64,000 nucleotides of DNA, from the IMG/VR virus record IMGVR_UViG_3300026094_000002, one strand, 5' to 3'. This DNA is from a virus. Taxonomy: Duplodnaviria > Caudoviricetes. Numbering within the stretch: position 1 is the first letter of the stretch; each line of letters starts with the position of its first letter. The translations under genes were made by a program, and so were the position numbers. This document shows, in pieces, positions 58,422-64,000 of the stretch. A model generated the notes under the pieces. It did not search any database, was not told the origin of the DNA, and saw only the letters and a program-made list of their open reading frames with translations.

Positions 58422-58448
58422 AATGCCCTGTTTCCCGCAGGGCATTTT
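58422..58448 (+). terminator. rho-independent terminator
   Basis: AATGCCCTG-N7-CAGGGCATT-TT. Confidence 0.7.
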
Positions 58449-58587
58449 AGTATGTAAATTTTGTTTATTTGTTCTTTATGGTCACAGGTGTTTTTATCTG
58501 TAATCGGTTGATTTTACATATTTTTTATGTAAATATATTATGTGTTGCAATGCAATATATTAGTTCAAAAAGGAATCAATTACAACC

Positions 58588-58824
58588 ATGACATCAATTA
58601 CACAAACATCACACGATACAAATTATTCAATCTCTGAAAAAGTTTCTACTTTTTTTAAAATTTTTTCAATTCGGTTAATTGCAATGTGTGAAACCATTGG
58701 TTCAGCAAGAGCGGCACAACATTTGTTCTCTCAAAATTGTCCTGAACAAGCACGATCTGTCATGACAAATTATCTTCATTCTTCTGAAGAAAGAAAGCAA
58801 ATGATTAAAGAGTTAAAGAAGTAA
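58588..58824 (+). CDS. small hypothetical protein
   Basis: AAAGGA SD; GSARAAQHL. Confidence 0.6.
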   Translation: MTSITQTSHDTNYSISEKVSTFFKIFSIRLIAMCETIGSARAAQHLFSQNCPEQARSVMTNYLHSSEERKQMIKELKK

Positions 58825-58830
58825 GATAAT

Positions 58831-58956
58831 ATGAGTAATGTAGAAGAAAAGCAGAGAAAGATTGAATTGGCTGAAAGCCAATATAAGAAAAATTTGTATC
58901 AGAATAAACTCAGATCATTTAGAGTTTTTCCAGATTTTTCATCTGACCACAAATAA
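58831..58956 (+). CDS. small hypothetical protein (41 aa)
   Basis: Manual translation MSNVEEKQRKIELAE..; ends just before the terminator. Confidence 0.4.
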   Translation: MSNVEEKQRKIELAESQYKKNLYQNKLRSFRVFPDFSSDHK

Positions 58957-58957
58957 T

Positions 58958-58983
58958 AAAAAAGCGGCTTAGCCGCTTTTTTT
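58958..58983. terminator. bidirectional terminator
   Basis: AAAAAAGCGGCT-T-AGCCGCTTTTTT between convergent genes. Confidence 0.85.
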
Positions 58984-58986
58984 ATG

Positions 58987-59487
58987 TCAGTAATTTAATC
59001 TTGTTGTTGGGATTCCCGAGCGTTCCAAAAATTCTAAACCATTTGCATTACGATAGACTTTTTCATAATATACTTCTTTAATGCCAGCCTGATGAATTCC
59101 CTTTGCACATTCAATACAAGGGGCATGAGTCACAAATAGTGTTGCACCTTTTCCACTTTCTGTTGATTGTGTTAATTTCATTAGTGCATTCATTTCAGCA
59201 TGTAATACCTCTGGCTTTGTTTCTAACCTATAATTTTTCCCGTCCTTGTCCATATACGGATATTGTTCAGATAGATTATCTACACCCTGCCAGTTAGGTC
59301 TGTCATTCTCCATATAGATACGAGTTTCACAACTATTGTCCCATCCACTTGGTGTTCCATTCCAAGAGAATGATACAATATTGTCATTTTTAACAATAAT
59401 AGAACCAACTTGCAATCGTTTGGCTCGCGACAACTTAGCACATTCTCGTGCCACATTCATATAAAAGTCGAGTATTCTTTTTTTCAT
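58987..59487 (-). CDS. dCMP deaminase
   Basis: VGSIIVK, HAEMNAL, PCIECAK. Confidence 0.9.
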   Translation of the reverse strand: MKKRILDFYMNVARECAKLSRAKRLQVGSIIVKNDNIVSFSWNGTPSGWDNSCETRIYMENDRPNWQGVDNLSEQYPYMDKDGKNYRLETKPEVLHAEMNALMKLTQSTESGKGATLFVTHAPCIECAKGIHQAGIKEVYYEKVYRNANGLEFLERSGIPTTRLNY

Positions 59488-59497
59488 TTTATTTGTT

Positions 59498-59746
59498 TTA
59501 TGGGGTTTTTAGTTTTTCCAGTAGTAGTTCATGTTGCGTTAAATTTCTACACCAGTATTGGCCTTTTATTGGCACTTTACCCCAACCATCCATATAGATG
59601 TAATTTTCCCAATAAAATTTGAACCATATTGTTTTTCCAGATATTGTACTTTTTTTAGGAAACCATGCAAACTTTTTGATCCACTTTTCTTTAGAATCAT
59701 AGAATGCAGATATATGTTTCATAATATGGTCTTTATCTACCAACAA
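59498..59746 (-). CDS. small Trp-rich phage protein
   Basis: KKFAWFPKK..IWFKFY. Confidence 0.6.
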   Translation of the reverse strand: MLVDKDHIMKHISAFYDSKEKWIKKFAWFPKKSTISGKTIWFKFYWENYIYMDGWGKVPIKGQYWCRNLTQHELLLEKLKTP

Positions 59747-59912
59747 GTTCTTTTTCTAATTTAAATTGATTTTTTAGCCACCAACGGTGTCTGCGAAAAT
59801 AATCTGATGGGGTTTGGCAGTCAGGTTTCTGTCCAAGTTCAAATAACTCGTCTTGGTAATCAACCCACTTGCGATTAAGCCATACTCTAAATGCTGTGGT
59901 TTTTTGAGTCAT
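59733..59912 (-). CDS. small hypothetical protein (59 aa, absent from the ORF track)
   Basis: MTQKTTAFRVWLNRKW..YFRRHRWWLK; GGAG SD. Confidence 0.6.
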   Translation of the reverse strand: MTQKTTAFRVWLNRKWVDYQDELFELGQKPDCQTPSDYFRRHRWWLKNQFKLEKELVGR

Positions 59913-59936
59913 TTTTCTCTCCTCTTGGTTTGCTTA

Positions 59937-60134
59937 TTACAAAGTTCCTTGTAATTTATTCATTAAAAAATCTTGTGTGGTATATTTTCTAACAGACCTT
60001 GCGGGATCATGAATTGGCATAGAGTTCCATTCAATTACCAAATAGTATGGACTAAGCCAGCACCACTTTTTTCCATAACATTTTTTTGGTAACCAAGCAT
60101 ACTTCTTCTTTTCGCAGACTTTGTATATTGGCAT
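59937..60134 (-). CDS. small Trp-rich phage protein
   Basis: KKYAWLPKK..WCWL; resembles 59498..59746. Confidence 0.6.
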   Translation of the reverse strand: MPIYKVCEKKKYAWLPKKCYGKKWCWLSPYYLVIEWNSMPIHDPARSVRKYTTQDFLMNKLQGTL

Positions 60135-60137
60135 ATA

Positions 60138-60758
60138 TTAGCCTACGATGACATTATAAATTTCTTTCCAGTTTTTGACACGAGTTGCGTTGCCATTATA
60201 ATCTGTGTTGTGGTTATGTGCAAGAAGTATGCTATCCAAACCTACTTTAAGACCATCTTCGGCATTGCTGGCCTTATCTTCAATCCAATAACACCTGCTT
60301 TCCCGATACTGTTGAAGAGCATCAAACTTATTGGCTCCGCATGGCAAAAACACATACTTCTCAAAAACTGTTTCGCCAAATAGTTTTTCTAAATTCATGA
60401 CGCGAAGTTTTTGTGAATAACGGTTTTCTGACATACTGGTTATACAGTGAAAGACATATCCATGCTCACGATGTAATTTTTGAACATAATGAATAGCATC
60501 ACGGAAAGGTGGAAGAAAACCCATCATTGCAGATTGATTAAACCATTCAATCATCTGATAAGCATCTTTCAAACCATATCTGTCACCTGCTTTGTACGCA
60601 GCCGAGTCTTTTACTGGATAGCCATTTTCATGCATCCATGTGTCAAAAGAATGTATCCAATCTAACAAGACACCATCACAATCTACGAGAATAATTTTCT
60701 CTCGCAGAAGTTCTGGACTAATCCAATCAATATCAGTTGTTGTCATAATATTTTTCAA
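60138..60758 (-). CDS. HAD-family 5'(3')-deoxyribonucleotidase
   Basis: LVDCDGVLLDW, CITS, WIEDK. Confidence 0.8.
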   Translation of the reverse strand: MKNIMTTTDIDWISPELLREKIILVDCDGVLLDWIHSFDTWMHENGYPVKDSAAYKAGDRYGLKDAYQMIEWFNQSAMMGFLPPFRDAIHYVQKLHREHGYVFHCITSMSENRYSQKLRVMNLEKLFGETVFEKYVFLPCGANKFDALQQYRESRCYWIEDKASNAEDGLKVGLDSILLAHNHNTDYNGNATRVKNWKEIYNVIVG

Positions 60759-60918
60759 TGTTGATTTCGGGACAATCAGACTCTATAACCGATAGATAAG
60801 ACTCAAGTAGTCCTTGATTATAATCATCTAACAGCATATTAAAATGATCCTGAGCAATTTGCTCAGGATCCCAGCCTGTTACTGTGTCATAAGTAACAGA
60901 TGGTTTTCTATTAATCAC
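60733..60918 (-). CDS. hypothetical protein
   Basis: Packed in operon. Confidence 0.5.
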   Translation of the reverse strand: MINRKPSVTYDTVTGWDPEQIAQDHFNMLLDDYNQGLLESYLSVIESDCPEINIEKYYDNN

Positions 60919-61112
60919 TGACCGTCAAGTGCCTTTTGTGCAAAATAAACTGCATCTTCTGTTTCCGGATGCTTGTGAATCATTACGGCACCATTGCGGA
61001 GAAACCACCGAAGATTTTCTGGCGTCGCCGTCTTTCGGTTATCTGGAATCTCAGCAAACCGACTGATCATTGTTTCCCATCGTCGTTCTGATTTTGTCTT
61101 TTCTTTTTGCAT
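60915..61112 (-). CDS. hypothetical protein
   Basis: GGAG SD. Confidence 0.55.
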   Translation of the reverse strand: MQKEKTKSERRWETMISRFAEIPDNRKTATPENLRWFLRNGAVMIHKHPETEDAVYFAQKALDGQ

Positions 61113-61165
61113 CCGAGTCTCCTTACTGGGAGTGTATTTACTTTTGTGGGTTGTTTGATATAAGA

Positions 61166-61312
61166 TTAGTTGGTCAATGCTGCATCTTCAGTTACAGCAA
61201 GTTCCCACTCAATATCTCGCTTCTTGGCTTCAAGATCATAAACTTTTCGCTCAAGGTCTTGAATCTCAGCATTAATCCGGTCACGCTCGTTCCTAAGATT
61301 TTCAATAGTCAT
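61166..61312 (-). CDS. small coiled-coil protein (48 aa)
   Basis: GAGG SD; MTIENLRNERDRINAEIQDLERK. Confidence 0.5.
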   Translation of the reverse strand: MTIENLRNERDRINAEIQDLERKVYDLEAKKRDIEWELAVTEDAALTN

Positions 61313-61365
61313 TTTAGTTTCCTCTTTAATTTAACGATTACACATTTAAATAAAGTGACTTAATG

Positions 61366-61791
61366 TCACCACATTTCCATTTTCATTTCATAATCAATAG
61401 CGGCATCATTACTATCATAATCACGAATAGAAGTTGGCTGCATTGCACCCAAATCTCCTGTCATCTCGTCCCTAATCTGCCAAAGCATCTTTAGGGCTTC
61501 TTCATCTTCACCACTCCCATTAGAGAGATCTGATGGATCATCTTTCATACCCAACTCAAGAAGTTGCAGCACTTCTGTTTCGTACTCTACAGATTCTACT
61601 TGACGACCAATCGGGCCACACCATACTTCATTGTTAAGAACCCGATACGCCAAAGCATCTACTGCATAGTCAACTTCTTTACTGTAATTTGGAAAGCAGA
61701 AGTATTGTGGCAAAACTTCTTCAATCTTTCGCATATACTCGCCAATAATATCTTCAATTTCATCTGGTTTTTCGTAATCCCGAAATGCCAT
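61366..61791 (-). CDS. hypothetical acidic protein
   Basis: GAGG SD. Confidence 0.6.
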   Translation of the reverse strand: MAFRDYEKPDEIEDIIGEYMRKIEEVLPQYFCFPNYSKEVDYAVDALAYRVLNNEVWCGPIGRQVESVEYETEVLQLLELGMKDDPSDLSNGSGEDEEALKMLWQIRDEMTGDLGAMQPTSIRDYDSNDAAIDYEMKMEMW

Positions 61792-61818
61792 TGTATTTTC
61801 CTCGTTGACAGTTGCAGT

Positions 61819-62121
61819 CTAAGCAGCAACCTTTGTATGATTGTGGGCAAGAACAATACTTGCACGACCGGCAGTATAACAGTTATAACTTCGGACAGGA
61901 GAGTACTTCTGTGGCTTTCCCTCTACAATTTCTACTGTTTCTCCACGCTCTTTCTTGGTGCGAAGGAAAAGAGAAAGATCACAATCTTCTTCCAAGTATG
62001 CAGTCTTGCCCTTGATGTACGAAAACTGAGAAATCTTGTATTCAATGCCCAAGCGATATAGTTCTGCGACTTTTACTGCGAGCCAACCATGTCCTGCGTC
62101 ACTGTGAAACTTGTAAGCCAT
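61819..62121 (-). CDS. hypothetical early protein
   Basis: FHSDAGHGWL, YLEEDCD; first gene after a consensus promoter. Confidence 0.65.
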   Translation of the reverse strand: MAYKFHSDAGHGWLAVKVAELYRLGIEYKISQFSYIKGKTAYLEEDCDLSLFLRTKKERGETVEIVEGKPQKYSPVRSYNCYTAGRASIVLAHNHTKVAA

Positions 62122-62154
62122 GTCTATGTCTCTTTTTGCCTAAAGTGTGAATGT

Positions 62155-62184
62155 ATTATAGAAGACTATGATGCAGTCTGTCAA
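62155..62184 (-). promoter_or_regulatory. sigma70-type promoter
   Basis: TTGACA-N18-TATAAT. Confidence 0.75.
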
Positions 62185-62202
62185 GAAAAAATATTATCTA
62201 TT

Positions 62203-62433
62203 TTATAAGGAAAAAAGAGTTTCGTCTGTCTTACCCGCATTCCAGCGATCTACTGCGTCTTGCTTGCTGGAGCCATAAACGATTCTGCCACAACCAGTGT
62301 TATGAATTTGACAAACCACATTCCATTCTGTGAAATCGCCGGTGGAATGATCACGCTTACTGGGATAAAGGGTGTCAATCAGTTCCCAATTTGCATTCCA
62401 ATCTTTACCACATTTGATGCAAGGGTCAATCAT
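62203..62433 (-). CDS. Lar-like (restriction alleviation) zinc-ribbon protein
   Basis: CIKCG..VVC....GCG..SKQDAVDRWN. Confidence 0.55.
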   Translation of the reverse strand: MIDPCIKCGKDWNANWELIDTLYPSKRDHSTGDFTEWNVVCQIHNTGCGRIVYGSSKQDAVDRWNAGKTDETLFSL

Positions 62434-63706
62434 TTTTTATTTCCTCTAATGCATCAGCAAACTGATCCACTGCCCATTCAATTTGATCTTCTGTGACAAT
62501 GAGTGGTGGAATCCAGCGAATAACATTGCCACCCCAAGGGCCACACTTGATCATGATTAACCCTTTATGCTCAAGAATTTTCAGCATCTTAGCTGCTCTT
62601 TCACCACCGGTCATAATATCTGTATCCGCAAGGTGAGTTCCAATCATTAGACCTTTGCCAGTTACAGCAACAATTTCTGGGTGCCTACGCTGCAAGAACA
62701 GCAATTTTTCTTTTAGTTTAGCACCCATCTTGGCAGCGTTTTCTACTAAGTTTTCGTCACGAATAACATCCAGAGTGGCTAATCCTGCAGCACAAGCCAC
62801 TGCATTACCACCATATGTGCCACCTTGAGATCCCGGAAAGGCTTTGTTCATAAGTTCTCGTGGTGCAGCCATGAATGATAACTGAAAGCCGCTTGCAACA
62901 CCTTTAGCAGATACCACCACATCGGGCGTAACATTATAGTGTTCAAAACCCCACATTTTACCAGTTCTGCCATTACCTGCCTGTACTTCGTCCATGATCA
63001 GCAAAATGCCGTGTTTTTTACAACGCTCTTCCAGTCCCTGCATGAAACGCTTGCTTGCAGTGATATATCCTGCTTCTCCCTGAATGCTTTCTATCAGCAT
63101 TGCAGCAGTTTCCATAGGCACACTCTGCACCTGCAGGATATAATCAAGTTCACGCAAACAGAAGTCTGCAGCCTCATCCTCTGTCATATTATACCAATTA
63201 GTGTCGGGGAAAGGTGCCGTTACAACGCCACCCATCATAGGCTGCACACCCTGACGAACAGCAGCACTCGAGGTAGTTGTGCTTAGACTTCCCATAGTCC
63301 TACCGTGGAAGCAGCCACGGAAAGCAATAATATTTGGCTTGCCGGTTGCCTGTCGTGCCAGTCGGATTGATGCTTCCACTGCCTCTGTTCCTGCACTTGA
63401 AAAGAATACAGAATTTATAGAATCAGGCAATAATTCACAAATTCGATCTGACAATTCTAAAATAGGGCGATGCTTCATAATAGCATACTGGGCATGCACT
63501 ACTTTATCAATCTGATCCTTTGCAGCCTCAATAACTTTTGGGTGAGAATGCCCTGTGCTTAAAACGCCAATTCCCGAAGAAAAATCCATATATCCCTTGC
63601 CATCTTCTCCCCATACATACATGCCTTCAGCATGATCTACAACAACGTCAGATGTTTGGCGTAGCAGTGGGGAAAGATGATGTTCGTGTTCGCTTGTGTT
63701 TTGCAT
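62426..63706 (-). CDS. gabT: class III PLP aminotransferase (4-aminobutyrate transaminase-like)
   Basis: YMDFSSGIG, SAGTEAVE, FHGRT, ESIQGEAG, DEVQAGNGRTG, SAKG, GTYGGN. Confidence 0.85.
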   Translation of the reverse strand: MQNTSEHEHHLSPLLRQTSDVVVDHAEGMYVWGEDGKGYMDFSSGIGVLSTGHSHPKVIEAAKDQIDKVVHAQYAIMKHRPILELSDRICELLPDSINSVFFSSAGTEAVEASIRLARQATGKPNIIAFRGCFHGRTMGSLSTTTSSAAVRQGVQPMMGGVVTAPFPDTNWYNMTEDEAADFCLRELDYILQVQSVPMETAAMLIESIQGEAGYITASKRFMQGLEERCKKHGILLIMDEVQAGNGRTGKMWGFEHYNVTPDVVVSAKGVASGFQLSFMAAPRELMNKAFPGSQGGTYGGNAVACAAGLATLDVIRDENLVENAAKMGAKLKEKLLFLQRRHPEIVAVTGKGLMIGTHLADTDIMTGGERAAKMLKILEHKGLIMIKCGPWGGNVIRWIPPLIVTEDQIEWAVDQFADALEEIKND

Positions 63707-63752
63707 AATATTTCTCCGGGTTTATATCTCGGGACCGTACTTATACAATCAG

Positions 63753-63959
63753 TTATTGTTTATCAACTATTACGGTTTCTTGTTCGGTGTCAAAAAACTC
63801 TGGTTCCATTTCTAACTTTTGAGAATAATCAAAAATTTGATAGCCTTGGAGTGCATACCAAGTTATACGTGCAGGTGTTGCCAACATTATCTTGCGATCA
63901 ACAATATTGTTTTCTTGCCATAATTCTATATCGTACAGACGGTGTTCTATATTAGACAA
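63753..63959 (-). CDS. hypothetical protein
   Basis: 68 aa ORF upstream of gabT. Confidence 0.45.
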   Translation of the reverse strand: MSNIEHRLYDIELWQENNIVDRKIMLATPARITWYALQGYQIFDYSQKLEMEPEFFDTEQETVIVDKQ

Positions 63960-64000
63960 TCAACTTTGATCCTATGATAACCCACACAAACACTATGTAA

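Noticed and set aside
11129-62184. Recurring GCAGTCT/AGACTGC at 11131, 49074, 51802 and 62172 as an operator
   Set aside because: Four short hits in mixed contexts (hairpin loop, terminator stem, promoter spacers) are too weak without statistics
209-63955. Most plus-strand ORFs in the track (for example 5929, 9475, 13462, 16848, 30495, 43769, 50923, 57029)
   Set aside because: Antisense shadows of well-supported minus-strand genes, with no motifs or translation signals
1-64000. CRISPR array, tRNA, rRNA, integrase or transposase
   Set aside because: None recognised by eye; all repeats found are coding. tRNAscan and CRISPR tools were not run
1-64000. Stop-codon reassignment
   Set aside because: Conserved genes are full length in code 11 and end in TAA, TAG or TGA; the polB break is explained by the intein

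Overview
This 64 kb window is a segment of a large lytic tailed dsDNA phage with a T4-like replication and late-transcription logic, probably aquatic and infecting a Gram-negative host (spanins, lipoproteins, a gammaproteobacterial-looking cytochrome oxidase). Most genes are on the minus strand. It holds a replisome block (family B polymerase, putative sliding clamp, clamp loader, DsbA-like protein), chaperones (ClpA with IGF loop, DnaJ, GroES), a lysis cassette, tail/baseplate genes including a collagen-like fibre, and many auxiliary enzymes. Main observations: (1) The DNA polymerase is broken in two inside catalytic motif C (YGD|TDS). The halves carry a cysteine-free split intein (Ser1/Thr+1). 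The gene between them is an AT-rich radical SAM enzyme with its own late-type promoter, not the usual homing endonuclease. (2) An intact cytochrome c oxidase subunit I plus a DUF2244-like gene sit behind a phage late promoter with no other oxidase subunits nearby, suggesting a respiratory analogue of cyanophage psbA. (3) A cohort of late genes shares N-terminal leaders ending in Glu and has modular polyprotein architecture, suggesting capsid-packaged, protease-processed effectors (including SOD and nucleotidyltransferases). (4) Five radical SAM genes and many sugar/sulfo/methyl transferases are dispersed between core genes. All family assignments come from motif recognition by eye, with no database search.
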